Positions 33,141 through 64,000 of a stretch of DNA of 64,000 nt are shown here, in pieces. Position numbers and translations under genes: made by a program. The notes under the pieces are model-generated. The model was given only the letters and a program-made list of their open reading frames with translations, did not search any database and was not told where the DNA came from. Source of the stretch: Paraspadella gotoi (taxonomy: Eukaryota > Animalia > Chaetognatha). Positions within the stretch are counted from its first letter, which is position 1; each line of letters starts with the position of its first letter. The stretch is from assembly GCA_051294375.1 (NCBI GenBank), contig CM119269.1, positions 14,180,552-14,244,551 on the forward strand, written 5' to 3'.

Positions 33141-34739
33141 TCACACGTAAACGGGTTCTGGATTCGCCTTTGAAACGTTGAGTCTCTTCGTGGGCGAAGA
33201 TTGTGAAGGTTCAACCACCGAGACCACGTAGGATTCCACGTTGTTTCCTTTGGACGCCGTTTGGGAGCGCGTCGATCGGAGCTGTTCCTTTGTTTCCTTT
33301 TAATAAAATCAATAAATATTTTAATATAACGAACGATATGTGATATCTAATAAAAAACCGACATACAAACTAACGAAGTGAACAAAGTGTTTTGTCGATT
33401 TCATGAAGACAATATACAAACTTTCTTCCCTCGAACTTATGCGAACTTACGCTTTTTCACAATCACTAACATATTTTTTCTCTTAATATCAACATATCGT
33501 CTGCATCCGCTTCCAAAATTGCAAAGATATTCACGGATATATAATTTAAAGTTACATTTTCATTATAGAGAACAGTACAGTTTAAAAAATAAATTTTTGA
33601 CAAATTTTTCGACATAATTTGTTACTTAAATCATCATCAGTGGCTGAAGTTAAACCGATTATAACTTAAAAAATTCCGAAATATTTAGCCCAAAAAAAAT
33701 GTTTTTTTTGTTGTTAACCGCACTTTCTTAAATTACGAGAATACATCTCACGTGTTTATTATTTCTTCTCCTCGACATTGTGATGATAGAAATTTAAAAA
33801 AAAATATTAAAAAAATTATTTTTTAATGAAGAACAAAAAAAAATAGAAAAAAAAAATTCAAGTTAAAATAATATGAAAAGCTTATCTTAACTTATCTTAC
33901 CTCGTTAATTTGAAAAGCTTATCTTAACTTATCTTACCTCGTTAATTTGAAAAGCTTATCTTAACTTATCTTACCTCGTTAATCCTGGACAAAAGAGAAA
34001 CGCTGGATCGCGACGACGAACACAACGACGACGACGACGCCGACGTGTACCACTCGCTCGGCGCCGCTCTGCGCAGCGACGACGTCTCCGTCGACGTCGT
34101 CGTCGATGCCTCGTCGTCTCGGTCGTCGTCCTTTTTGTCGTCGAGGACGAAGGCCTCGTTGACGCGGGACGCTTCGCGGGCGTGGACCTGATTTAAGGGG
34201 ATGGTATCGGGGGATGTGCATTGAGGGATCGATCGGGAGATTTAATTAGGGGATTAAGGGGATCCATTGGGTTTCGGCCGGTTTACTTTTGAGTTTTTGA
34301 TATACTTTACTTTTCACTATCGTCTACTATTCTTATTAGGAATCTATACGTCACATCCGAGAGCTACAATCGCTTAGCCCTAATTAATGACTCCCCCATT
34401 GGCTAACGGATTGACCAATCAGCATCATCGCCTACCCTGTGATCTTTTCGATATTCGGTAGTGATGAATTTAAACATGAGGACGACGATGACGATGGCGT
34501 AAATGGCGATCACGATCAGAATGTAGAGGAGAGTGTCATCCTGATGAAAAAAAAATGTACGTTAGTGAGACGCTATTATTTACTAATATTAAAATCAGAT
34601 ATATTACTAAATATAGTAACGTAATTAAAAGTACCTGGTGTATATAGCTGCCGTCTTGCTCTTGAGTGTTTTTCTCCGTTTCCTGAACCGAATCTTCGGA
34701 CAGGAATCGTTGGAAGCCCGCGTCAGTTTCGTTGTTCAT
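33141..34739 (-). CDS. Orphan 157-aa acidic/Ser-rich protein; exons 34739-34635, 34187-33975, 33296-33141
   Basis: Three phase-0 exons (105, 213, 156 nt) with AG/GT boundaries give MNNETDAGF...VHAREASRVNEAFVLDD...ETKEQLRS...NPEPVYV*. Confidence 0.6.
33876..33983 (-). repeat. 3 x ~37-bp tandem repeat spanning an exon/intron junction
   Basis: ATTAACGAG|GTAAGATAAGTTAAGATAAGCTTTTCAA repeated three times from the end of exon 2 of the minus-strand orphan gene. Confidence 0.85.
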
Positions 34740-36244
34740 TTCTTCGGAATTTTAAAGTTGACGTTTTTATTTAAATGATTAAAGCTTCTATTTTTATTTG
34801 TGTGAATGAAGCCTGCTTTTTGATTCATATTACTAAAGTGAACATTCAGGGATATACGGGGATTAAATAAAAGACGAATCCAATTAATAATTAAACCCTC
34901 CAAAAAATTTAACTTCTTTTATCTTTATTCTATAATCTTTTCTATTCTTCAACTAATAAGAAAAACTAACTCTTAATTAAGTTATAATTTTATATCCAGC
35001 CAATTTCCACAACGTCAGCAATCAAAACAGTCTCAGGTTTATTTACCTCCTAAAAGATTTTCCAGTTTGAAAATTCCTTTGAAAAAAGAAAAATTCGCTT
35101 TGGGATGCAGACGCTGATTTCTGTATGATTCCAAAAATTTTTTGAATATCATAATACGATCATAGTTTCGTATTATTGTTTTGTATTGTATTGTTTTGTA
35201 TTGTATTGTATTGTATTGTATTTTATTGTATTGTATTTATTTATATTCGCAAATGAAACAAAACAGACGAAAAGTAAACAGTTTTGTTTTGTTTTTCTTT
35301 GTTTCGATTTTTCTTTTTTTTTTGTTCTCGAATGATATGACTTCACTTTTTGTCCACGCGTCTCGATGCGTCACTTTTGGTTCCGTCGTCATCGTCGTCG
35401 NNNNNNNNNNCGTCGTCGACGGTCGTCTTTGTTTGCCCTCGCCTCTCTTCGACTCTAATCAGTTTCCTCCCTTTCCTCCTCCCTGCCTCCTCTTCCTCCC
35501 TCCCCCCTTTTTCGCGTCCACTAAGTCCCGTCCCTTCGGAGGAAAACTTATTTCTTGCTCTTCTTCTTCTTCTTTTTCTTCTTCCTCCTCTCTCCTCCTC
35601 CTCCTCCTCTCCTTTCCCTGCGGTCGCAAACTCCTTTTCTTCCCCTCACAAATCTCAATATTCCTCCTCTCATTATCATTTGAGAATCGATCCCCTTTCC
35701 CCTCCCCTCCCTTCCCCTCCCCCTTCCCTTCCACCTCCTTTCTCCTCTTCCGAATCCTCTCTTCCATGGGCACTTAACAGCCCATGGGGTCGGGAGCTAT
35801 CATGGTGTCGGTTTCACTCTGCCCCTCGCGCTCTAAGTCACGTGAACTCCGAGAGTCACGGACGGCGTGATTTCTGCGGTCTTCGTTCGTTCGGACGGAG
35901 AATCTCCGAATCACGTAACGAAGAACTAAAAGGGAAACGGTTACGTCGTTGGGTTCGGATCGAGCGAGAGTCGGGAGTCACCATGGAACTTTTTTCAAAA
36001 AACCGAACCGTCAATCTTTTGTTTGAGTAACGAGTGAGAAACTGAGAATCCGTTGACTCGATTCAGTCACTACGATTTCTTAAAATGGCTCCGGTGGTCG
36101 CGATATATTTTCGGACGAAATTTACCAATACAAATGCAATATATATATACACTAGGGAAAAGCAAATAAATTTTACCGCTATGTCCAAAAAATAAAACGC
36201 TACATAGAATCTAGTTTAAGTCTCAAACTTAACTGTCCTTTCAG

Positions 36245-37980
<1,736 letters not shown>

Positions 37981-37987
37981 TGAGAAT

Positions 37988-38035
<48 letters not shown>

Positions 38036-39630
38036 GATGTCAAACTAGTAAACTTAATACTTTTTACTTAAATTATGGAAAGAGGATTAAGAGGATTAAG
38101 AAAAAGAATAAATGGAGGCTGAAAATGGAAAGCAAATGATTTTTTGCTGATTGGATGTGAGAAGATATAACTTGAGATAAGAGTTAATCTGACAAAGATG
38201 AAGAGGCTGAAAGAGAAAAGGTTTATCTATTTTTGAAATGTTACAGAAGGAAGCGCCAAAGAGTTAGATTTTTATCTTACAATAAATGAGGTTTTGGGGA
38301 AATGCGCTAAAATCTCACAAAACAAATAAAAATTTATTCACTTTTTACACGGACGATGTGATCATTCTTGTTGGTAATTTGCAGACGGCATGTTGAGAGT
38401 CCGACTCATCTTAAAAACTGTCGCATGAATTTAACTCTTTATATTTCCTAATTTAGCATTGATATCCGGTTGAGCGGGAAAATCACTAAGCTCACTAAAC
38501 TAATGGCTCTAAAATTAAACTTGGGAGATAAAACAATACAATTCTGTTTTAAAAGCCGAGGCTCAACTGAGTATTCATGCAATTCTACCATCGTTTTCTG
38601 TTAAATGTTAACTGTTGACTATAGTAAAGAAATAACTCATAATGTGTTAGAGTTTTACATGCTTGACTGTTAAATGCGAAGCTTTTTTTTCTCCGTGTTC
38701 CAGGGTCTTTTTGAGAATATTTTCTCCGACTCCGTAGCCGTAGTATTTCCATTTTTAACTTTTACAGAAATTTCCTGTGCGCATGCTTCGATGTTGTCAA
38801 AACAAATTGCATTTTAAACGCAAATATAATTATTTAAATCTTTTATCGGACTTATTAAACTTCAAAACTTCAAACTCGGAACGGTAGCCCAGGGAGATAG
38901 GGAAGTTTAAATATGTTTTATTGATTAGCTGTGTAAACAAATTTCAGCTTCTTTCACTGTTTGGCCGTCGATTTAAAATAAGGAGATCTCATTTAAATTT
39001 CGTATTTTTATTTCATAAAATAATGATTGTGATAGAGGGAAAGAATCTGGTTCAACAAGTTTAAATAATTCTATATTAAAAAAGCCTAGATATTATAAAA
39101 AAACTGATTTCCAATTTTTAAAAAAATTTCAAACTTCAGTTAGTCCTACTTTTCTGTACAAAAAAATATAATTTTCTTCCTTCTACTACAAAAATTACCA
39201 ATTAAAATTACAACTTCGGAGCGCCATCAGATTCACGCGGGAAAAAATTAATGTAAATTAAGTAATCGGGTTTTTTTTTTCGAAGCGTCGACCAGCGTAA
39301 GTCGGGAAAACAAGATAGCAACGTCTCCGGTAGAGGGGGGAAGTATCGCGCTCAATCGATTGTCGGTTCGCGCCATCTTGTATTCAATCGTCTTCCGTTC
39401 TAAAAACTAACTTAAAGTACATTACGCGCCTGAACAGCGGATATTGCATCGTAAAAATATACAAAAGTTACAAGGGATTAGAAGCACTTTTAAACAATTC
39501 AGTTTTTAAGCACCAAGGTAGTCGTTGCAAAATAATAATGAGGTACAGTTAAGTACATTTATCACGTTTTTTTTTAAACTGCCCCGAAATAAGTAAAAAA
39601 AATAAAGACTAAAAAAGATTTGCTAATTCG

Positions 39631-55536
<15,906 letters not shown>

Positions 55537-56402
55537 CTGGAGAGCGAGAGGATAGAGAGCGAGATGGAGAGGGAGAAAGAGGGAGAGTGAGAGGAAGAGG
55601 TGGGGGAAGAGGGAGAGGGAGAAAGAGGGAGAATGAGAGGAAGAGGGGGAGGGGAAAGAAAGAGAGGGAGATGGGAGAGAGGGATGGAGAGGAAAAAGGG
55701 AGGAGAGAGAGGGGAAAGATAGAGAGGGAGATGTGAGAGGGAGAAAGAGGGACAGAGAGAAGAAGAGGGGGATGAGAAAGATAGAGAGGGAGAGGAAAAA
55801 GGGAAGAAAGAGAGAACGGAAAGGAGAAAGAAAGAACGAAAGCAAAAAGAGAAAGAGAGAAAAAAAAAGAAATTTCCGGATTAGATTTTTCGATGTAAAC
55901 TAAAAAAAACGCGCAGTGAGAAAAAAAAGTCATTACCTATGTGAACAACAACAAAGTGGTCAGTGATCGAATTGCTAATAATGTAAAAAAAAAATAACAA
56001 ACAAACAAAAAACTGCCGCTAAAAATGCACTTATTTTTTCGAGGTAAGTTAACTTTTGTTTTCTCGTTTCTATTCCCGAACGGCGCCGGCGCTCACAATA
56101 TTCCGACGGCAATATTCTTATTCATATTCTTATTCTTTTACCATAGTTCGTTTGGAGCTCATGTTTTTGTTGTTGTTTTTTTTTTTCTTGTTGTATTTTC
56201 TGTGTCAAGATCGAGGAAAAAGAAAAATGCGGAAGCAAGAAAAACAGTGTTTTCGTCTCAAGAGAAAGTTGCGTCGCGATTGAAAGCTCGTGTGGTTTCG
56301 TTCCAATTCTTAGGTCACACCCGTTCGGGAGAAGCGAGTTACTGCTGATCCCGAGACCAGATTGTCAACTTTTTTTTGGAGTAGAACATGCCGAGACGAG
56401 AA

Positions 56403-56512
<110 letters not shown>

Positions 56513-59287
56513 TCAGACTGTTCAGTTCGGAAAGAAAGTTAATTTTAATCGCGCGTTTGGTTCTTCTATTCAAGTATATAAATAAATATTAACGTGGGCG
56601 TCTTCGTTTGACGTCTCGGTTCCGCGTTTATATGAACATGTATGTACACGTGTAAATTTGAAAGGCGCTACGTTTCGCGCAAAGTAATTAAACACGCACA
56701 CACAGTCTCACACACAGAAAAAAAAAAACCAAAGATGGTCGTACGTTTTGTGAGGGATTGAAAGTAGAGGGCAGCAGATTGTGAACCTCGGCCGATGGCG
56801 GAGGCCGATTGTTCTTTTGGTCGTTGGCTTGTTTGTTCTTTTGCTCGATTCTGTTCCGCGGAAGGGATAGAGAGGGAGCGGTTAGACATATATGATATAT
56901 ATATCTAACAGTATAGCTTAATCTAAATGTTTGTGTACTATATTATTTACAGAGTTAGCGACTATAAAAGTGCTCAAAGAATCAGGGGACTCGTCGTAAT
57001 TCTAAAAACCAGAATTCCTTGCCACCCCCCCCCTCCACCCCCCTCTACGTTAATAGCGATGACATATTCTAGTCAAGTAATAATGATAATAATCCACGAT
57101 TAATCTTTTGGGCGAATACATTTAATTTTTCCCCCCCCGATTACATTTCCAGGTACGAAAACTGACTCATTCTCTTTCAACCTCCACTTTTTTTTTAAAG
57201 ATCTGACATTTTTTGTCTTTGAAATTTTTTCCTTTTTGGCCTTTGGACAGAAATTAAAAATATAGAAAAAAAAAAATTTCGGTGTGAGTTTTTGAGTTGA
57301 TGGGTGAGGCTCAAAAATGCTGAAAAGAATATTATGGAATGGTTAAGAGATGTATATTTGAACCATCTTTAACGGTCTTCAAGCCTTTATTTAAATAATA
57401 ATTAATAACTTTTTGTAAAGTATTGTTATTGTAATTTTTTTGGTTAAATTAGAATTTATTTATTCCAAAATCGGTTAGTTTAGAAAAATCCCACTACTAA
57501 TTTTCAAACTGACGAGCAAAAAAAAATAGCCTTGTCTCCTAAATGGTTTTTTACATATTTGTCTAAAAAAATTATTCAGTGTTGTCTTTATCAATTATGG
57601 ATTAGTTGTGTTTTCTTAAGAATTTACAAGAGTTATCATCGAAAGGCTTTCTTTATCTTACTGTACCCGAACTCGCCGTTTTCTTGAGGAAATACTACGT
57701 CCGGTCTTCTCTGAATATCGCGGCTCTGATTGGCTCCCATCTTTCTGAGTTTCGGACCAATCACCGACTTCGGTTAAAGTTTTTATTTTTCAGTTTCCGG
57801 AGGGAAAAATTTGTTTAAAAAAAAATGTTTCCCCGTTTGTTTCGAATTAGGTTACGTGACGTAACGGGCGTCTGAGTCTTGAGTCATCTTCGTAAAAAAA
57901 AAAGCGCTTTTGAGTCCAGACGAAAATAAAGCTAGGAATTTCAATAAAAATTGAATCGTAATCGAATTAGAAAAGCAAATCTGGCGGAAAATAGTATTAA
58001 AAAGCCACAAAAAAAAATCAAAAGTATTAAAAAAAAAAAAAAGAACGAGAGATTTAGCCCTTTTGCAGTGAAAACGGATCGATGATCCCGAACGAAAAAA
58101 AAAGAAAGAAAACATTAAACGTTTATACAAAAAAAAAAAAAGAATTAAAAAAAATATTGGCCGGAGAAAAGAGAAAACTTGATGTTATCTTTCTTTTCTA
58201 CTAAATGTTGAAACTCGAAAAAAAAAGAAAGAGATTCTTCTCGGGCGATTATTCTTTTTTAAAGTAAATATATATTTAAAGTGAAAGAATAAAATCACGG
58301 CTCACGTGGGCCCCGTAAGAATTTGAACTAAGTAACGTTTAGTGATGTTTTTCTTTTTGGCTTTTTAATTTATCGGAGGAAAATAAAATGTTATTTTGTT
58401 TTGTTTTTTTTTTCATCAAAAAATTCGGCCGGCGTTTTTAGAAAAGAGAACGATGACAACGACGATGACGACGACGACGACGACGACGATCGAAAATGAT
58501 CGATGATTACGACGATAATCGTCGTTGATTTCGTGAAGGTGATTGGCGAAGGCGTAAAGAGGCGAAGAGGTAAAAATCGGTGAAACCCAAAAGGCGCAAT
58601 CACGTGATTCGTGAATGATTTTCGCGGTGATCCGAGCGAAACACGTCGTAAATAAGTCGAAGAAGGAGTGAGAGAAATATTTTTACCCTGCAAGTTCATC
58701 TCTACTCGGAATTACGATCATAGGTTAATTCTAGGAAATGAGTTTTCGTTACTCGACAAATCAAAACCGAGCGATATATAATTTTGCACAAATACCGTGA
58801 AATGTTTGGGTTTTTACTTCAAAACTAGCTTTTAAAATTGAAAAAATAAATCACTATTGGTTGCCACTGTCACTTTTCTTTAGCGTTCTAAATTGTCACT
58901 TTGTTTCATCGATTAAAAAACGCGAATTTATTTTTTTTAATTTTAAATTTTTTTTTCTTAAAATTACATCCCCATGCACCATGAATTATTTCCCCCGACA
59001 TTTCAGCATGGGTGTGAACCAGTTTCCTTTCACTTTACCTGTTTTAAACTCTCGGAATAACATTTTTTTCATTGGGAAAACCAAATTTATTTTTTTCTTA
59101 TTTTATAGCGACTCTAACGAGACTTAGTGAAAAAAAGCGAATGTATCGTTTCCCGAGGGGGGGGGGACGGATGAGAGTTGTCGACAGCGGTCGAGGGTGG
59201 TAGCTGTGATGGTGGTGAGAAACGATGATTGCAGGGCATCGATGACGGTGAGGGATGTCGATGTTGATGTTAACAACAACAACAAAA

Positions 59288-59327
<40 letters not shown>

Positions 59328-60761
59328 AGACGATGATGGATTTTGTTATTTTGGATGAGTCACTCCTTGTGCTTCTCGAATGACGATGAAAAACTTCACT
59401 TTCAGATTCGTAATCTTTTTTTTTCTTTTAAATTTTTTATTTAACTTCAATTTTCTTACTTTTTTTAAACGGGTAACTAGAAGAGTGATAAAATCTTAAA
59501 GTCAAAAGCTCATTTGTACAAATTCCTTTTTTGTCTTAAGAGTTATCGCTTCATTTGGCAAAACATTTAAAAGTTTATTCACAATCGTTGGTTTAAATAA
59601 AACTCAAGTTAAATTACGACGACCGAACAAAACGACGATGAAACGAAGACGAAATGATCAAAATTGATTATCGAAAGCTTTAAAAGTTAAGCATCTATGA
59701 TCGCATCCATGATCGCATCCATGATCGCAGATCGCATTCAATATCACTTCTGCGATCGCACGAGGCCGAAAATATTTAGAAAATTGGGTCAGAACTCCGC
59801 CGGTGGCCCAGGGATGAGATTCAAGGAAGAAGTGATGTGAGATTAGACTAAAGAGACGCTTCGACAAAACTGATGACGTGACATGGATTAACCAGAAAAT
59901 CACCGCGTTCGTATATATATTGTTTAAAGATTGATATTTTTTTTTGTCTTAAAGCGGGAGATGGTAAACAATTGGATTTTTTAAAATAAAAACAAATTGA
60001 AAAAAAAAAAACAAAACTTTGTTTTCGGCTTAGACGCAAAAGGCGGTTTTTGCTAAGTCGAGAACCAAACATGAGGAATGTGTTAAAATTCCAGTTTATT
60101 TTAAAACTTTTAAATGTTTTCTAGACGAAAGAAAGAGAAAAAGAAAAAAAGTCTAAATTTAAAAAAAAAATCTCGAAAATATCTCCGCTCAGGTTCGACG
60201 TTAGCCAAGAACGTCGTCGATGACGTTGCGAGTTTTCGAATGTTGTTGTTTTTTGTTACTAAGCAACGATGTCGTTGACGATGAGAAGAAAGAAAAGTAT
60301 GACGACAAATCGAGAAAGACGACGATAACTAAAATGAAGGATGATCGTTCGTCACATCGTGAGAACGAAAATCTAAATCTTAAAAGGATTTTGAAGAGAA
60401 AAAAAAAGAATGTTTGATGTCGCAAGAAAAAAATTATAATAGAAAAAACGAAGCGAGTAAAAAAAAAAGCTTCTTTTGTTAAGGTAAAGAAAAAAAATCA
60501 AGGAATCGCTGGTCCGGGACATCGTTATAATCCTACAGAGAGACGGAATTGTAGCGAAAAAAAAGGTTTTTCCCCAACGTATTTGACGGCCGGATTTTCG
60601 TTTTGAATATAACAGAAAACGTTTTTTACTGTACGCCCTGTCAGGTCGGGGCTCAGGAGGCGTTGCCAACGAAAAAGGGAAAAGCTGAAGAGAGTAAAAT
60701 AACAGGTTTTGTGAGGATTTCAAAGTCTTCAAGAATCTTCGGATGCGGGGAGTGAGAAGGT

Positions 60762-60875
<114 letters not shown>

Positions 60876-62051
60876 TAGCTAGATAGATCAATAGTTAGAG
60901 AAAACGATATATATTGTTTTATTAAAGATGCAACGCTATCTTTTCGGCGAAAAAATTAATATAACTTCGGATCGGAGGATCAAACGAAAAAGTAAAACAT
61001 GAATATCGATCACGTTGTGCAGTCTCTCTCTCTCTCTCTTCTTCTCTCTCTCTCTCTCTCTCTTCTCTCTCTTCTCTCCTCTCTCTTCTCTCTCTCTCTC
61101 TCTCTCTCTTCCCTACTCCACTATAGCTGACGATCTTCTGAAGATAGATGGCGACGCGGAGATTCCACCCTTTCGAAAAATTCCCGGTGATTTCGACGGA
61201 GGTTTCAAGGTGTCGCCGTTAGAGGAGGCGTGGTCCACGTTGTTGTTGTTGTTGTTATTATTGATGTTATTGTTAGCTTTCACGGTCTCCATTGTTTTAA
61301 ATAATTCGGCACTCCGTCGTTTTTAACTATACATTAAGCGATCGATTATTTTTTTAAATTGTGAATCGACCTTTTTGTTTCGGATCGAAACTTAAACTTA
61401 AAGGACGAAGGGCGTCTGGAAAAATCAAGATGGCGCTGAGGATCGACGTGAGGGGAAAAGAGAGAGAGAGAAAAAAAAAGATAAAAGGATGAAAGTTTAA
61501 AAACAAAAAGAAAAAGGAAAAAGAGAGAGAAAAGTAAAAGAATCTAAAAAATGGAAGAGGTGAACGAACAATAACCAGCGAATGTTGAATAAAATTTACG
61601 ACCAAAAGTTCGAATATAAACGCATAAAGACGGGGGGCATACGAGAGCGCAGGTTTTTAAACATTACAAAAAAACTTAAAAAAAAAAAGGAATCAAGCAC
61701 TAAATATTGAGAAAGGTTTAAAATTTTTTATGAGATTAATCGGCATTGTTGCATCGCGCAGACATTGGGTCTCCCAGTCTCCATTCTGAGGCAGAAATTT
61801 TCCAGATGAGCGCAGAAAATAGAATCGATCCAGATTTGATACCAACTCGCCTTTCAATTTCGGCTTTCACTCTTGGCTTTCATCCTCGGTTTCCACTTTT
61901 GGTTTTTCACTCTCGGCTTTCAATTTAGGCTTTCACTCTAGGGCTTTCACTCTCTCCTTTCACTCTCACTTTCTTATCTCCGGTTGTCACGTTTTTAGTC
62001 AAGATTTTTAAAAAAATATCTTTAAAGGTTTTCGCCAGAGCGAGTGGGACA

Positions 62052-62106
<55 letters not shown>

Positions 62107-62125
62107 TAGAGAGAGAGAGCAGAGA

Positions 62126-62188
<63 letters not shown>

Positions 62189-63253
62189 CAAAACTGAAGT
62201 AGTTGCACTTAAAGTAGATTCGACTTCATATTTATGATTGTAAAATGTATATATATGCAGAAACAGATGTTTCTAGCCCAGAAGACCAGTCAATCATTAA
62301 AAAATATTAGGATTGAAGTAAAAATAACAATCAAATATTAAATACTGAATATTATTTTGCGTATTTTAAAATTAATACGTAGGTTTTTTCGTTTTTTTAA
62401 TCAATACATTTTTTAGGACTGATGTGACGGTTATCTTTTGAGCCAGCAAAAAGTCATCGTTTTAGATTCTCATGAAAAATGCTACGTAGTTTTTAAGAGA
62501 ATTCTCGCTGGAAAAGTTCGTTGTTCCAATTTAAATAGTTTATGGTCTTTGGTTAAAACTGATTTTTATTTATACTTGAACCTTTGTAAAAGGGAAGAAG
62601 CCTTTGGATTTCAGTGACCTCAATAATTTAATAAATAAAAATTAAAAAAAAGTTCTTTTTTCATTTTTTTATAAAAGCTAGTTTATTCCAGTGAAGAATC
62701 GAAGCAAGGTATATAATCCCATTTAAGGTAAGTAATAATCCGCCAAAAGGATCGGCGATCGAACTAAAAATTGGCGGGTAAATCCACGGCGGAATTTGTC
62801 GACATCAAATTCGGTGGCGGGGAATCGATTTCACGCAACAAAAAAAAAAGATAAATAAATAAAAAAGAAAAAAAAAATTTTGAGTCCAAATTTCACTCCA
62901 TTTTTCCTTTTTCGGCCAGAAATAGCAAAAACCCCCGAAGCCAACGACTCGAGGTGAGTTAGAGAGGAATTCGAAGGCAGGGTGAGTGAGAACGAGTGGG
63001 TGACGACGACGACGACGACGTCGAAGTGAGAGGAGGAAGAAGAGGAGGAGAAGGAAGAGGAAGAGGAGGGGGTTTCCACCACGGATCGAAAAGTCTCTGA
63101 TTTTAATTTTTTAATTTTTTTTTTAACTTTAGGGCGGAGAGTTACAAGCGGAGAGAAAGCGGAGTTGGTAATCCTTATGAGTTAAGCAAAATCCAGGTTT
63201 TACTTTCAAGTATTATTTTAAATTTTAGGTTTTCCATTTTCTTTGTCTTTATG

Positions 63254-63345
<92 letters not shown>

Positions 63346-64000
63346 TCGTTATTTCCATTTTTCATCCCTTTCTTTCTTCTTTTCATTTTTGCTTTTACGG
63401 TTCAGTTCTGCTTAACATCGCAAAACCTCCAGGATTCTTATTAAATTAAAAGTCGGAAGACATTTCCTCCTACATGGCAGCCACTCGATTCCACAATATC
63501 TAAAGGATCCTGATCAAAACAAACCAATCAATCTGACCCGCTCTTACATAATCAAAGCCATTGTTCGCTCGACATCGTCCGTCAATCAAAATCCCACGTG
63601 ATTGGCAGCATCCATCTTTCCTAATACTAGCCAATCAGAGGATGAGCTCCAGCGTGGTTCTTTCCAACTCTCTCCCAATCGAACGCGAGTAATCTCGAGC
63701 TCTATCGAAACCGCGAGTAGCCGAGATTCTCATTGTAAACAGCGATCGAGGAATCGTCTGACCCCGAGGTCACCATCTCCTTTCTCTCAGTCATCTTTTC
63801 CTATTTTTGAGAAGGAAAAAAAACAAAAGGCTCCTCGGGTGGGCGAGGGGGGTTAGGAAAGGGAGTCAAAGGGTTCGGGAAGGGGAATCTAAGGGTTCGG
63901 GAAGAGGGGGGTGAGAGAATCGCAGTGTGAAAATGAAGAGCAAAATTTTTTGGTCTGCAGATAAGATTTTGTGGTGACAACTTTTCAAATTAATTTAAAC

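Noticed and set aside
35181-36030. Long ORFs here and the many (ER)n/(LS)n ORFs in the track
   Set aside because: Products of pyrimidine tracts and AG/CT microsatellites; no splice phase links them to the FAM228 exons.

Overview
AT-rich, intron-rich metazoan genomic DNA with abundant (AG)n microsatellites and several N-gaps; the species cannot be determined from sequence alone. Seven spliced genes were reconstructed by hand from exon phases: (1) the 3' part of sialic acid synthase NANS (+), (2) a complete CPT1 carnitine palmitoyltransferase (+), (3) a peptide-receptor-like rhodopsin GPCR (-), (4,5) two disordered orphan genes (+ and -), (6) a FAM228-like gene (+), and (7) an ezrin/radixin/moesin gene (-; first exon not found) with two phase-compatible proline-rich alternative exons. 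Introns hold tRNA-derived SINE-like elements, MITE/foldback elements and Helentron-type HINE fragments. Most notable is a ~200-nt structured dispersed repeat carrying a circularly permuted (type-P5) twister ribozyme. One copy (50529-50611) keeps the catalytic core and lies antisense to its host gene. The other (27149-27229) is decayed, lies in sense orientation and follows a tRNA-like Pol III head. A second tRNA-SINE carries a twister-like L4 hairpin. A second recurrent pattern is tandem amplification of exon-end plus 5' splice-site units in introns, alongside GC donors and GAG/AAG acceptors. All calls are manual; no database searches were run.
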